Source: Camelus dromedarius
Lineage: Eukaryota
Length of the DNA stretch: 64,000 nucleotides
Assembly: GCF_036321535.1 (NCBI RefSeq)
Contig: NC_087436.1
Span: forward strand, 57,352,001-57,416,000
Direction of reading: 5' to 3'
Shown here: in pieces, positions 49,459 to 64,000 of the stretch
How the letters are laid out: every line of letters begins with the position of its first letter
Numbering within the stretch: position 1 is the first letter of the stretch
Notes under the pieces: generated by a model
Told to the model about the DNA's origin: nothing
What the model saw: the letters and a program-made list of their open reading frames with translations, nothing else
Database searches by the model: none
Program-made: the position numbers and the translations under genes

Positions 49459-50460
49459 CGGGACACAGTGTAATCTCTTGAGCCCAGCCTACAGGCTCTC
49501 CCCAGTCTCACTCGAGCTTTACATCCTGTCAGGAAACCCACGTTCCAGACATCGTGGGCACCGCTCCTCTGAACGTTCTTGCTCACCCTTGTGCTTTGGT
49601 TGCTCCATGGCCCCCACTGGGAGACCCTTGGAGGCTCTCTGGCTTTTCCATCTTCTCTGTGATAAGGCAAAATTGCAACTTGTTCCATGTTCGTCCCAGT
49701 CACAGAGCCTCATTCTTCTCTCCCCTCACAGAAAATTTTCTCAGTAACACTAATTTGACAATTAAATATATTCTGCATTACAGTATAATTTATAATCTTG
49801 TCTTCTGATGTTTGAACCACGAGTTCTTAGTCAATTTTTCAAAAGCTTATATTTCACTTCCCCAGCTTTGGAAGCTCTCTTAGCAAAGTCCAGGTGTAAA
49901 TGAAGTGAACTGCTCATGGGCAGAGCTCCAGCCCAGGGGCCGCCCCACCACCCTGAGAGAGGAGGGCACCAGCACCTCAGCACCCAGAAGCCCTGCTGGC
50001 CCAGGCTGTTGCTTGGCACGTGAGGTGGGAAAGCTCTGCCCTAGGTGCCTTGCTCATAGTAGGTGCTCAGATAGTGTTAGTCAATAGGCAGATCGATCTT
50101 CTGTGATTGTCTTGTTCCTGATAATCTCTCTGCAGCCTCCCTGCTATACATTAGTACTATGTACATTATAATACTAGTTTTTTTTTAAAAAAAGAGATAC
50201 AAAATCACTACTATGGAGTAAGAATTTAAAGCTTCATTTAATTATGATAAACAGGGAAGAATTAAAATATATTAATTGTTGGTGATTGAGCTGTATTCTA
50301 GGACTTACTATGTTAACTGGACAACCAACTTTGGAAACTTTGGAAGCTACACATGTGAGAGGTGGTTGTGTATACACGTTGCTTAGTTTCTGAACAATCA
50401 TTATTTTGGTAGGGGGTGAGTGAGGGAGCAGGGAAGGCATTGTGTATTGTTATAATCTTT

Positions 50461-50585
50461 AAAAAAAGTTTTTTTATTTGTAGAGGGGGAGATAATTAGG
50501 TTTCTTTATTTATTTATATGGAAGCACTGGGGATTGAACCCAGGACGTCGTGCATGCTAAGCACAAGCTCTACCCTTCCCCCTTG
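50461..50585 (-). mobile_element. tRNA-derived SINE (camelid Vic-1-like) with A-box deletion
   Basis: Minus strand GGTAGAGCTTGTGCTTAGCATGCACGACGTCCTGGGTTCAATCCCCAGT plus a CCTAATTA tail. 12-bp TSD GTTATAATCTTT at 50449-50460 and 50586-50597. Confidence 0.85.
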
Positions 50586-53500
50586 GTTATAATCTTTCTA
50601 ACTCTCCCGTGCTAATCTCAGTGGGGCCACCTTCCATTTATCTGGATTATCCGTGTCGCTCAGCTGCCTCCTTCCTGCTGGGATGAGTAAGGGTGTAAGG
50701 GCTGTGAACAGTCATTTTTACCACGACATCTCCGTGGAGAATTCTGAGCAGTAAATTTTAAAATGCTTAATTGTGCAGAATTGAATCTGGAAGCCCCATT
50801 TACATGTCTGTCCTCCTGGACTGCTTATTTTTAATTTTTATTCTTAATCTGTTCATTTGGAAAGAAGTAATATACTCATTAAAAAACATTATGTGTGAAA
50901 GTTCTGCACTTGATATCTAATGTCAATTATGCCAATCAGATATATGCTGTAGCTATAATCCATCTACCAGCTAACGTTTCAAGTATTTTTTAACATTGTT
51001 TACCCAAGTACTTGCACATATTAGCTATTCAATAACTATTTCTAGGGCGAAAAAGTCCAATTAGACAGCTGGGCATGTGACACCTCTATGTTCAACTTAA
51101 TTTTACTGTGCTTTGATTTCTAAAAACAAACCTTATAGCCAACTTTTATAAACAGATATTAACGAAGGGCTAGCTTCAACTTGAAAGTCAACTTTAATGC
51201 AGTTCCGAAGAGGAAACTCTCAGCTGTCAGCTCCTTATTTACCTGGTGTAAAGTAGGTGTAGGCACACCATGCTCCATGAAGCGGCTGATTCTGAAGTTT
51301 TATAGAACTTAAATCTTTGCTAATTGAATCTTACTTTATTATACATTAGAATAACTAATTCTTAAAGGCTCCATAATGTGAGCCTTTCATATAGTGAATA
51401 AGCAAACTGCGATTTGTTTATTGCTGTCCAATACTGACGTTTAAGGTTTAAACTGAATACAGCCACAGATAAAGGCTACTTGATTCCTAAAATTTTTTAG
51501 TAGCACCAATTAGAAAAGAAAATATAACAACTTTAAAAATTACTGTTTGCCTTCTACTTCTATTTCAAATCTGTGGCAGGCAAAATATTTGTTAAAAGCA
51601 GTAATTTTTTACCCCTTCTTGGTTCTGACACTGTACTGTTCTTTGATGTTGTGACATACGTTTCTTCTTCTAAGACAGCTGCTATGAAAGCTTAATTAGT
51701 TTTTAATTAATGATAATTAATGTTGCCTTAAAAATTTTGTGGATTTTCTATCATGTCATAGATAGTTTGAGACTTTGGAAATATGCTGCCAGTTCTGAGA
51801 TGCGAACCTGTAGGGTTTCTTCAAAGGGAATCCAGGCCCTCATTCCTCACAAAGGCTGGAGAGCTCCGTCTACAGAACAAGGGAGGTAACCTGTGCAGAC
51901 AAAACAGCCAGTTTCTTTTCTCACTGGGAAGAAAGTCTAGAAATGTGCAAAATCAGTCAAAAGATGACACTTATCCTAAATTGTATGTAATGTCAAGTCA
52001 GGGTAGAGCTTTTAGATATGAAAAAATTTCCCAAATTTGAACAATTTTTGTTTTGTTACTAATATTACGTGGAAAGAAATGAAAACTGTTGGGAAAAAAA
52101 ATAGAAGTTAGGAGAAGTCAGGTGAGAAAATGAGAGACAGCTCATTCAGTCTGCTTTTGGCCCCGTGGCGGGCTGGATCACCGCGTGGTGGAGTGACCCC
52201 ATGCCCCCGTGCAGCAGTGCACAGCAGGGCAGGACCATGACGCTGCTACTCTGCGGGAAAGGTGTGTGGGCAGAAGCTGTCCCCACAGTGGGCAGCCTGT
52301 AGAACCCTTTACTTTCATCAGAATCATAGGTCAAACTGTGTCCGGTGTCTTAGATGACAGGACAGGTAACCAGGAGCCTGAGTTGCAGTACAAATAAAAG
52401 TTTATGAAAATAGAAAAGAAGATTTATTGTGTTTGGTCCCTTTGAAGTAAATTATTTGAAACACTAGCACTCAAACGATCACAACTGGTTAGACCTGCAG
52501 GGACAGACAGTGAGTTAACGTGGTCTGTGTCATTCTGCTGTGGACACCCGGGGTTAGGGGGTCTGTCTCTGAGTCCTATGCAGGTATTGACAAGGAGGAA
52601 GGGTTACATAGCAGTTTGCCTGTGGTGTATGGTAATTTTCATGTTTTTGAAAATCTGGCCTCATGGTCCGGCATCTTGGGAAACTTCCAAGTCTTAGTGG
52701 AGAGACTCTGAATCCAAGAAGGCAGACTCCAGTTAGCTCATGAGAACTACCGGGATGGACTGGTCCAGTCAGATGCATCATCCAGGACCAAAGAGGACGG
52801 TACTGGTTTGGGGTGACTAATTCTGCCACCTCAGGACCTCTGTAAGGTGGCCTTTGTATCCTGCGTGTTGATAAGAGGAAGGGCAGACCTGGGTGGTGGA
52901 ACACATCCAGTCCCATCCCTGAACATACAAGTGATGTGTGTTCAGCACCGTGGCTTCACATAATAGATCTTCAGTAGACGCGAATAGAATCGAATTAAAT
53001 CTCTCAAGTCTAAGAAGCTTCATCTCCTGATTTTTCAATGTCAGGTAAGTCATTTCCACCCGAGGGAGCTCATATATGCTACCTCATGAGAGGGTGTCTA
53101 CTAAATTTGTTGAAGTTATTTTATAAAATGTCATAATTGCCAGTCATGCATCAATATCTGACCACAAAGGTTGGAGAAAGATTTGGTTTTTAGAAATAAA
53201 AACACCCTAGAAGGAAGCCAACGTTTAGTGAGCCCCTTGTGTTTTATCAGTTATCATGAGATGCATGTTTAAGGATAAACCTGTGTTTACCGGCACAAAA
53301 GTTATTAGCGCTGCTTTATTTACTTTATTCATGATCCAGAATGTGTTCCACCGCTCCAAAATTCTCACTACAGAGTCTTGTGATTTGTTATGCAGTTGTG
53401 CAGCTTAGAAGGTGCTGTGCAGGACAAATGGGTCTTCTCATCTTTGTTTTCCCTTTTAATTGATGAAGCAAAGTACCATTCAGCAAAATCTATTTTTTAA

Positions 53501-54834
53501 AGTATTTATTCAGTTGACAACCAATCCCAAACTAAAAGAGATGAAAAATAACATAATTAAGAAAATGACAAGTTGCCTGTAGCTTGATGTGTGTGAGGAA
53601 GAAAGGCGGTCTTACAGTTTCCTAGCGGATGATTAAACCAACACCTGTGCGTAAGTTCTGACGTGGCTGACGGTGACAACCAGTTTTCTTAAGGATTCAG
53701 CAGTGGAATAAATTCGACTTCTGAGGGGAATGAAAGGATGTGTTTAAAAGGTGTCTGTCTTGTTTTGAAATAGCAAGGCTGCTGAGAAGCAGGGCAAGCA
53801 AAGGGCCGGAGGAAGGAGCGCCAGGCAGAAGCAGGATCGGCCTGAGTTCTGCCACTGGCTGTGACCTGATGGAGCCTGAGCTGCGCATTTCCCAGCTGTA
53901 AAACGAGCAGCTGAATCGATGCTCTAAGTGGTCCCTGGCAAGGAAGGAAGGTTCTAGAGATTCACAGCCTAAGCCTGGTGAGAGGAGCGGGTGGAGGCAT
54001 TGTCCCTGAGCCGTCCCTACAAAGAATTCACAACCCACAAGGGCCTGTGTGAATGTGACTGAAGCTTGGTAGCGTTAAAAAAAAAAGGCCCAGTTCTAAG
54101 TCTCAGATGGTCAAACATTTGGGCAAGTCACAGCTTTTTAGCATCTTATGTTCTGTAATTTGTAAGATGAGGGAGCTAAGTCTCCGTCTCTACAGCTCCT
54201 CTCAGTTTCAACATTTAAAAAATCATTTTAATGGAATTTTAGAAAAGCAGAGATTTTAATCTAAACTGAATATATTTCAGATATATGTCCACTGAGTGAG
54301 TTAAATGATAGAAGAATTAAATATTGTTGTTCAAGTGCAGAAAATAACACTATTAGAAATAATCTTGGAGTCAACTTCCCAATTAGTAGATTCAGCATGA
54401 TGAATATTTCCCTAATAGCCAAGCAATTATTAATACATAAATTCTCAGTTTAATAATTACCTTTAATTTTCTTTCTTTCTTTTTTTTTTTTTTAATGTAC
54501 CAGCCCCTCATCCTGCTGTTGTTATAATGGTTGCATTGTTCACACAACACAGGATAAATCTTTCCAAAAAAAGTGCTCATGAGACATCCAGAAAGGAAAA
54601 CAAACATACCGTTGGTTCAGATAGCCCAAAGAGCAGAAAGGCACTCTTTCTTCGGTTCAGAACATCATTTACTACTGGTTTTAAAGAGTCACTCATTTTT
54701 GGCAGCCTTCTGCTCACAAAACTTAACGTGTTTTATGCTTTAATTAATTTGAGATAAATTTTTAGAAAAATTCAGTTCTATCTGTGAGAGAGGAAGCATT
54801 TTCAAATCGTATAGTTAAGACTTCAATGGTATGA

Positions 54835-56902
54835 GAGCAAGTTTAGAAAACATTTTTATTAGACAAATTATTTAGACAAATTATACACAGAAAGCTCTGC
54901 CACTCGTAACTGAGGCCTCCAAAAAGTGTTTTGTGTATTTGTATAATAGGCGATAACATCAAAATAGGCCTATTTTAAATATTGTACATGGTTAACAGTT
55001 TGTTGATAGCTAAAATCACTGCAACATCTGGTATGTCCCTATATAGCTCGTTGTAAAGATTTTTTTTGTTTTAAAATCAGAGTCGTGAATGAGATCATAA
55101 ATGTTACAAGGGAAAACAAGTTGTGCATGCACTTAGTTACTGTTGCCCTGGAAACAAAATGCTTTTTGCATGATAAGAAATTTTTCTGCCTTACACAGTA
55201 GACAATATTTGAAGATTTAGTACAAAAACAGTGACAGTACAAGATGCTCCCCAGAACAGAATTAGCATCAAAATATAATATACCTTAAGAATATACCTTT
55301 TAATTTCTCCTAAAGCAAATCACATAGGTTGATTCCTATATCAATCCTAGCCACGGAATGAATTAGATTAAAATAAGGATATGGCTACGTAAAAACACAG
55401 GATAAGTTCTTGCTTCCTACTTAACCACACTTTAATTTAAGGATTACAAAGTTCAGCCTACGTTTCTAACAGGTAAGAACGCTACTTCAAAAGGGTTGTG
55501 CACAAAGAGGCACTGTTTTTTGTTGTCATTCTTTTATACGCTTGGCACTAATGTAAAAAATACGTAACTCCTCCAAATAGAACTGAATAAAAAAGGGGGT
55601 TAAGTTGAGAGCCCAGCGTGGTTATTCTGTTTTCTTCTTTAGGATAATGTAGGACAGTAATTAAGGCCACATCAATATTTCTTAAGGGCTCCCATCTCTC
55701 CCCAGCTACAGTTGTATTGATTGGCTTACTGCTTTGGAAGAGAATTTCTTCACCTTCAATGATCTACGCTTAAACTCGTATAGAGCTCTATGTGCTGTGG
55801 TGGACGTGGTTTAGCTAATAGCATTTTTCCATTCAGATAATTAATTAAAAGTAAAATGATCAAGGTTAGCTTTATACACGGCTGACTAACAAATGCAGAA
55901 CCTATTCAAATGAGTCACATCTAGGAACACATATTAAATCGCCCTGGATGTTTTAATAACAAAAGTACAAAATATTTTCTGTTGGCAAACGATGCGAGTC
56001 AGAATAACATTAAAGCAACCTGCCTTTTCTAACTGAAAAGACCCCCTGCACTATACATAGTTCCTGTATACAATACTTCTTTTTTTAAACTAAAGCTTTA
56101 TTAAATGAATTGCAATAGCAATGGCCGCCTTTTAATATATATATACACATTATATAGGTGCATATATATGTATATATAGATGAGATACTAATTTATTTAA
56201 CACAATAGAGGCTGCTGCCGTATGATAAGTTTACTGTACATAAGAAAAAACTTTTAATACTGTACAATCACATAAAGGTCATATGCACTGTTGCAGTGCA
56301 AGAGTAGTTTTAACTGTAGTCTTGACTGGCATATTGATGGCTTTTTTGTAATCCTACAAAATTGCATTCTCATAATATGTGGCCTGAATGATCTGGAAAT
56401 TATTCTATAAACACTGCAGGGGTTGCCTTTGGTCCACAGTTAAAGGACACTCAACAGCAGTGGAGCGTTGTTGGGGTGCAGCTGAAGGATGATGAAAGAC
56501 TGACGTTATTGCAATTATATTTTTAAAAACAGAAATGTTACAGAAGAGGCCTTTATGCAAAATTCATCCTGCATATACTCTGAGTATACTCAGTGCACGT
56601 TTCCTATACTTGAAGTACAGTATATGAAGTGCGGACTAATAAGATCCTAGCATACTACCTGCTGGGGGAACAAGTTGACTAATGAAAAGAAGTGTAGGGA
56701 AATGTACTGGAAGAGAGGGAAAAAGAGAGAGAAAGAAATCGAGGAGAGGGAGGAGGGAGAAGGTAGAGAGAGAACTAGAATTGTTACTAAGAATCCTGAT
56801 TAAAAAAAAAAAGTTACATCCATGTTAGTCCCACAATATTACAGTCGCTCCTTGCAAAGGGAGTCCTACCAAAGAAACAGTGAAGAGATTTTTTTTTGCG
56901 GC
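54835..56902 (-). other. GRID2: GRID2 3' UTR (~2.1 kb)
   Basis: Repeat-poor AU-rich sequence after the stop. AATAAA on the minus strand at 56097-56102 and 54855-54860. The 3' end is inferred. Confidence 0.65.
54855..54860 (-). terminator. GRID2: Likely distal GRID2 polyadenylation signal AATAAA
   Basis: TTTATT on the + strand at the end of the UTR-like block. Confidence 0.55.
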
Positions 56903-57355
<453 letters not shown>

Positions 57356-58013
57356 TCATCAGTACTAGCTTCCATGGTTAAAAAAAATAAATAAAAAGTA
57401 GTTCAGCAAACATGAGATGTAATGAACTGAACTTGGGAGTTTATTCATTTAACAAATATTTACTGAGCACCTAATATGAGCCAGGCACTGTGCTAGGTTC
57501 TGGGGGTACCAATAGGATTCTGAGATATCTACATTTTTCTTGCAATAAAAGTTCTAAAATGAGCATATGCCACATGCAACTACAAAATACAGGAGCAGTA
57601 GACGGGCAAGCGCCTTTTACAAGAGCAGGGACAGACCCAGGCAAACTTACACAAAGAAAAAGTATGATTTGGTCACTCACCCCCCACCCCCACCTCTTCA
57701 TTATGCATGCTTCCTCCTGCTTCAGGCATTTCATTCCCAATTGGATTTTTGTTCCTTTCCACTACTCGTTCCTAACCTTAACTTTCTGTGCTTGGAGATG
57801 CTGATATGCTAGTTCACCCTAAAGTGTTAGTGACTGTTAAAGTGTTATTTCTCTTTAGGCTAGAAGTATGTGAGATTGTTTAGAGAGAGCAACACAGGAG
57901 AATCAATTTCTAATTGAGGGATTTCATACACTCGAGCTATCTAGTACCTGAATGAGGCAATATTGAGAGGTCAGCACGGGAAGCTTTAGAGACCCTTCGT
58001 GTCATGGCATGTG

Positions 58014-58068
58014 AGTGACAGCTCCAGTTTAGGGCCAGGTAAGTGACAGCTCCAGTTTAGGGCCAGGT
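58014..58068 (+). repeat. 28-bp-period tandem duplication in the last GRID2 intron
   Basis: AGTGACAGCTCCAGTTTAGGGCCAGGT at 58014-58040 and 58042-58068, identical over 27 nt. Confidence 0.92.
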
Positions 58069-59966
58069 TTGTGTGAAATGGCCTCTAAATCAAAGATGCT
58101 TTAAGCTATACTAATGGAGTCTTAGTAAGAAATGCTTAATAAAGAAAAAGGGAATAAAACCTCAGGTCTCCGGAGTTGAAACTAATTCATAAATCCCTTA
58201 GGATTTTCACTAAAAGTGAGCATTAAGCCCAATATTTGAAAAATAAAACCGGCAGGAGATAAACTTGTCCTTTTCATCTGTCTTATTTACAGCTAAGTTC
58301 AATAAATTGAGTTTATGAGGATTTAAAAATATCTATTAATCATAAGAGGAGAAAACATTTGTTCGTATGCTCTGGATCGGCTGTCATGAATTAGAAGGGA
58401 GAGTGTATGTTTTCATTGTGCTCTTATAGCGCTCCTCAGTGAAAGTTGTTTTGATGTGCATCACTGTTTTTCCTTCTCCTTTCTCATTTCAAAATCCAAT
58501 AAAAATATCCATTAATGCAATATTATCACTGAGACTTTAGAGGGTTGAAAGATAGAATTTTATGGTTCCCACAGCAACTATAATGTAGTCATCCATCAAT
58601 AGATATAATAATGCTAAAATTTTATATCATATATAGTAATTCAAAATATAAGGAGCTTCGGGAGTCCTTAATTTCCAGATTTTTCAGAATATGAAGTCTC
58701 GGCTATAATGTTGCATTAATGTGGTCTTTTGCATTGAATCAATGTCAGGAGAGATACCAGAAGTTTATTCCACAAAGAAAACACTACAATAAAACCTGAT
58801 TAATTTTTCGTTTCTACGCCACTAATTTAGAGTGTATGACCACTCAGACAGGTAGGAAGCTAAGATTTATCTTTGCTAAGCCAAGCTTTTTCTTATAAAT
58901 GGTGCTGATCAATTTTGCATATAAGGTGGTAGAAAGGAATCCTCAGACAACTTTAGAAAACAATCTGTTTGAAAGAATATATTAATATGCAAAAATTCAT
59001 ATGCAAATAAGAAGCCATTTGTATTTGTGTCTTAAAGCAGATCCTCTCAGGGTTTGCTCAGGCAGCATTAGCCAAGGTCTAGTTACAGAAAGTTGAAAAC
59101 TGTCCTTCTTGGAAACTATCCAGCCAGTCACATCATTCAGCAAATTCCGGGTGTTTTTTCATTTCAATTTGTGAAACTTTAGTGAATAAGATTTCATTAT
59201 TTAAAATATGTTCACCTTTTTAGTCCAGTGGAAGTAGGATAAATAAATCAAGTGGTTCAACTTCAGATAGTCTCTGATAATTTATAAATCCCACATTTTC
59301 TGATGAAAACAAGGCACAAGCCACTTTAAAAGATATACTATATGTAACTCTGAAATTATTCTTTCAGATCTCTGGAAAAATTTTAATATGGCCCTGGAGT
59401 TAAGCTGACTCACAAGGAAAGGAGAAAAATTGAATTCTAGATGATTCCACGGTGTGGACTCGTTAAACTTAGAGCCATCAAAGAGCTGAAAACATGCCCA
59501 GCTCTACAGAGCCACATACAGACGGGGGAGGCAGTCGCTGGAGGTGAGAGAAAACTGGTTGTTTTATTGCAGCACCGAATCTCAGAGGCACAAGTAACGT
59601 ACGTATAAGGTAAACAACTAACGGAAAGAAAATAATCAGCGTCTCTGTGAACTGATCAAGGGAATCACAGCCTTTAAGAAAATCATGGACTCAAGGTCCA
59701 TTCTGAGATTTGGGACAATTTCAGAGCCCATTAACGGCGCATGAAATTGTCAGTCTTTCAAACACTGTGGTCTCCTCTTCAGTTATCTGGGATGTCTTAA
59801 AATGAAAATTGGTAGCGGGCTTACCAATTTTTACATTTCACAAATGTCTGTTCTCTCTTCCAGGAAAGAAGACAGACAGACCACCCCAACCCCGTCCCCT
59901 CTCCTCGTGATCACCCTCCCTGGACATACACCCGCGCATTGGCTCAACCCAGCGCTGAAGGTTTCA

Positions 59967-60293
<327 letters not shown>

Positions 60294-63200
60294 TCATCAT
60301 TAATACTCCCACTTCTGAAGGATGGTGGCTGTCCAGGGAAATGAATACACATATTAGCCTGCAGATGGAAACATTATTATTGCTTTGATTCTATAGACAG
60401 ACGTGTGCCACAGTGCTCTCCCCTCTCTTTTCTTCCATTCCCCTCTCCTCCCTTCCCTCTTTCCCTCCCTCTCCTCTTTTCCTTTTTTGGGGGGTTCATT
60501 TCATAATCCTAAATATTTAACCCCCCTGCCCTGGTTTGTCGCAATGTGTTTTTACAATTACATTTCGGAGGCGCTGTTTTTATGTGGTTTCAAGCTGCTG
60601 TGGTTCTGCATTCTTCCCTACATGCAGAGCGACGCTCTGGCTCTTAACGCTTTTATGAAGAATGTTTTGCTGCTTAGAGCAAGATGCTGGCATAATGTCA
60701 CCCAGCATATGCTACACACAAAAAAATTCAATTAAAAAGACTTCTATTATTTAACACAGTGAGGGAGAAAGCCTTGGGACAAGTTTGAAGTTGATAAAAT
60801 ACACTATTTTGGGTTTTTCACACAACTGCTCGAGTTTCCTTTTAATGCCAAAGGGGAAATAATCTAACCTTGGAGAACAAGAGGAAAAGTTGACCAGAGG
60901 CTTTCAGAAGTAGTTCAGTTCAAATAAGAAATACCCTCTTTCTTCTTCTCTCCCCCTGGAGAGAGTCTGGGGTAGCTGCAAAGACTGCAGCTTTTATAAA
61001 GTGTGATTTTTCATAGAAGTTTTATTCTCAATTCCGAACACTTTCTGGGCTCTACCTAAGACCAGCTCCAGCCTTCTCCACCTGTACCCCTCCTCACAGG
61101 TCATGAGCTGGCCAATTGTGTACCATCCTCAAGGCTCCCTAGGATTTCCTGCCCAAACAGCCCGAGCGCCCACCCAGGACTCGTGAAGGCCGATTCCCAT
61201 GTATGACTCCCAAGAGCAAATCCCACAGCCACGGGTGCACACAGGTCTACAAACGGGTGTTTGAGGAGTGTGGACAGAACTCGATCTGCAAGCTCAGGTG
61301 CACAGACCTCTGTGTGGGAGACCCCTCACTGCCCAAAGCAGAGCCGGAGGTGGAAGAGGAACCAAAGGTTGACTCCCTGGGCCACTGGGTCTGCGCAGAA
61401 CTCCTAGCTGGTCACAAATTAGAAACTCAAACCTGGCTTCCCAGAGATCACGAAAGTGTATTTGTCAAGTTAAGAGGTTAGCAGGTATTTTACCTAACAG
61501 TACTTAGCTTGATTTATAATTTTTACATGGTGAGATGTAGCATAGGTAGACCCATACTTGTACCCCTGCCCCAGCTCTTAGATTACTTGGGGAGTGGCTG
61601 CTTAAAACTTTACAGAGAAGAACCAAGCCTATCTGGAAGGAGTAAATAACTCACTTCAGTTACCTTTTTTTTTTTTTTTTTTTACCTGTTTCATGTCATC
61701 CACGTGTCTATGAGAATGAGCTAAATGATAACATGGGAGAAGGGATCAACATTCAGTCAGTTACATGGTGGAGAGTTGGTCCCCGTCATCTCCTTTGGGC
61801 ATTCCCACAGCCTCACCCTTAGCGCCCTCTGCTGACACTCCAGGACCAACATCGCACTGGAGCCCCCCTCAACAGCCTGGATTTTCTTCTTATGAAGTTG
61901 ATGGGTTTAAAAGTTCTGTTGCTTCAGAGTGTTGCTCCCAAAGGGCAGTACATTTGATTCGCTGGATTTACTAAGATGATTATGCATATTTATGGATTAT
62001 ATTTCACCCTTACTCCAGCCACTATTCCAGATAAAGTCATTTGCATTTCCAGAATATCCAAAAGTGTGTCCAAGGGACACTAGCACCAAGAGGGCTTCTG
62101 CAAGAAAAAGGTCCTGTGCCATCAACTTTGAAAAACACCCTCTTGGAAATTTATGAAGAAGTCTGCCTATTAAAAGCTTTAAGAAGAAACCCGTGGAAAA
62201 GAAAACTTGTATGATTTTGTTTAATTCAGCATTTCCCCACTTTATCTGACTTTCATTCCCTTTTCTCATTTTTCTCCCCCCATAACATGTATTAATAATC
62301 CGGAGAGCTAAAATTTTGAGGAAGACACTTGAGAAATAGTGCCTTGAGCCACAGGAGCAACTCCTCGTGGGCATCTGCGGCCCTGCCACACACGTGTAGT
62401 CACAGCACCAGAGCTGCCTGGGTGGCTTCTCTATGGATACCATTCAGATGACGTCAGCAAACGCTGTACCTGCCTGCCTAAAGACCTAGGTAATCAGCGC
62501 ACCGCCGAGTATCTTGAAGGAAGAATTACAGTCACTTCTAAAAGAAATAATTCTCAAATTTGAACTTACAGGTACATATAAAGATAAAAGGACACCACGG
62601 CCACATTTTCTTAATGAGAATCTGGGTACAAAACGAGCTGGAGTTTCCCTGCCTCCTGCACCCGCCGCCCTACAGCGTCTGCGGAAGGGGAGAGCTTTCT
62701 TCATGGCGCTCATCATTGGTAGTTGTCTGTGGCTGCTTGATGGATGCTGGCTGCCCTTTCTAGAACACGTGCTAATTAACCATCTTCCTCCCTGCCTGAT
62801 ACGGAGCAGGCACCTATTTATTGATTGAATATGCTTAACACAATTTTTTGGTAAACGGATCCTACCCTCAGATTCTACGTTTTTCTTATCATTGATGCTC
62901 TTTCTAATTGATTCCATTCCCTCCTACTCATCTATCCCTTCAATAAATATTTAAAGAGTGATTTCATGCCAGGCGTTTCCTTGGGCACAAATTTTATGTT
63001 AAACCACAACGGTACATTTGGCCAGAGCGGCCTGGGCAGTGCTGAAATCATTTCTTTTTAATACCCTCCATTCATGCTAATTTATTCTTTCATTCGTTTG
63101 CATATTCATGTAGGAAATGATGATTTCTCACTCTTTCTTCTCGGTGGTATCTGGTATCACTTATGATGTGTCATTATTTCTACACCTAGAAAATAATTTG

Positions 63201-64000
63201 GTTTTAAAAATAGTCATTGAAGTATACGTACTCTGTGTCATCCATTTTGATTCTAATAGGACGAATGGGCCTTCAATCCAAAGAATTTGTTTACTTGTAG
63301 CATTTGTGGGTTCAGGAAGCTGGTGGTAGAAGTTTGTGAGGGAAAAAGAAACGAGACTCCGCTATGTGTCTTCAGGTATTGTCACATCCAACCACGGCTT
63401 TATATGGTTGAGGTCATGAAGCACAGGTGCCTGAGGTGAAGCAGAGAGAGCCCATCTTTGGGGATACACAGAGCCATTGGGCCATAGGCTGCCTCAGTCA
63501 AGCTCTGACTAGCCTACAACGAATCCCAGGAATACAGACCGGCACAGAATAGAAGTGTTGGAAGAAATGAAAGTGTTCTCTAATCCCGGAGTTCCGCTCT
63601 ACATTTTTGCCACAAAATTTAATGCTCTTGGAAATTCCATCAGAAAGGTTCTTACTAACCCTCCTTTTTATTATATCACAAAAGCTATTTAAGGATTAAA
63701 GAAAGTTTAGCAAAATCGAATGCACTGCCTTAAAGACTAATGGGATGAATCCATATAATGAATGGGATTCTTTTTTCAAACATTCAAAAGCTCTCGCAAG
63801 TTTAAATGGACTTAAAATCACACCTAAAGGAAAGATTTGCCTTTTCAGTATAAACAACACTGTTATGTGTGTGTGTAGCAATGCAAGAATCCAGCTGCGA
63901 AGTTCTTAATGAGTGCAAAGAAAAATTTCAGTTCCATGGAATGACCGTTTTTGTTATATGCAGAATTTCCACAAGATGGCAGTCTTTGCTCATAGAGAGC

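Noticed and set aside
62449..62456. Perfect CRE palindrome TGACGTCA in a GRID2 intron
   Set aside because: A single 8-mer with no supporting context; not distinguishable from chance.

Overview
Mammalian genomic DNA, most likely a camelid (camel/alpaca/llama), judged from three tRNA-derived SINEs that match the Vic-1 type. The window is the GRID2-ATOH1 locus, with both genes on the minus strand. It contains the complete single-exon ATOH1 CDS (6836-5778, 352 aa) with its CpG-island promoter, a ~1 kb 3' UTR and the bipartite 3' autoregulatory enhancer (A ~1900-2460, B ~850-1260). It also contains the last two coding exons and 3' UTR of GRID2 (60216-59976, 57325-56903). The ~48 kb between the genes holds a full-length RPL9 retrocopy with a late nonsense codon, a decayed ERVL provirus with two nested LTR insertions, and L1/L2/MIR/MaLR fragments. 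There are no prokaryotic features and no CRISPR array, and I see no clear new multi-gene system. Almost all other ORFs in the track are spurious. The best leads are regulatory or structural and all are hypotheses: a possible upstream promoter and spliced 5' exon for ATOH1, a 30-bp cruciform/Z-DNA element, tandem CTCF-like motifs, an AtEAM E-box cluster, an unidentified coding-like relic near 24 kb, and a possible PDZ-less GRID2 read-through isoform. Gene, enhancer and repeat-family names come from recalled sequence, not from database searches.
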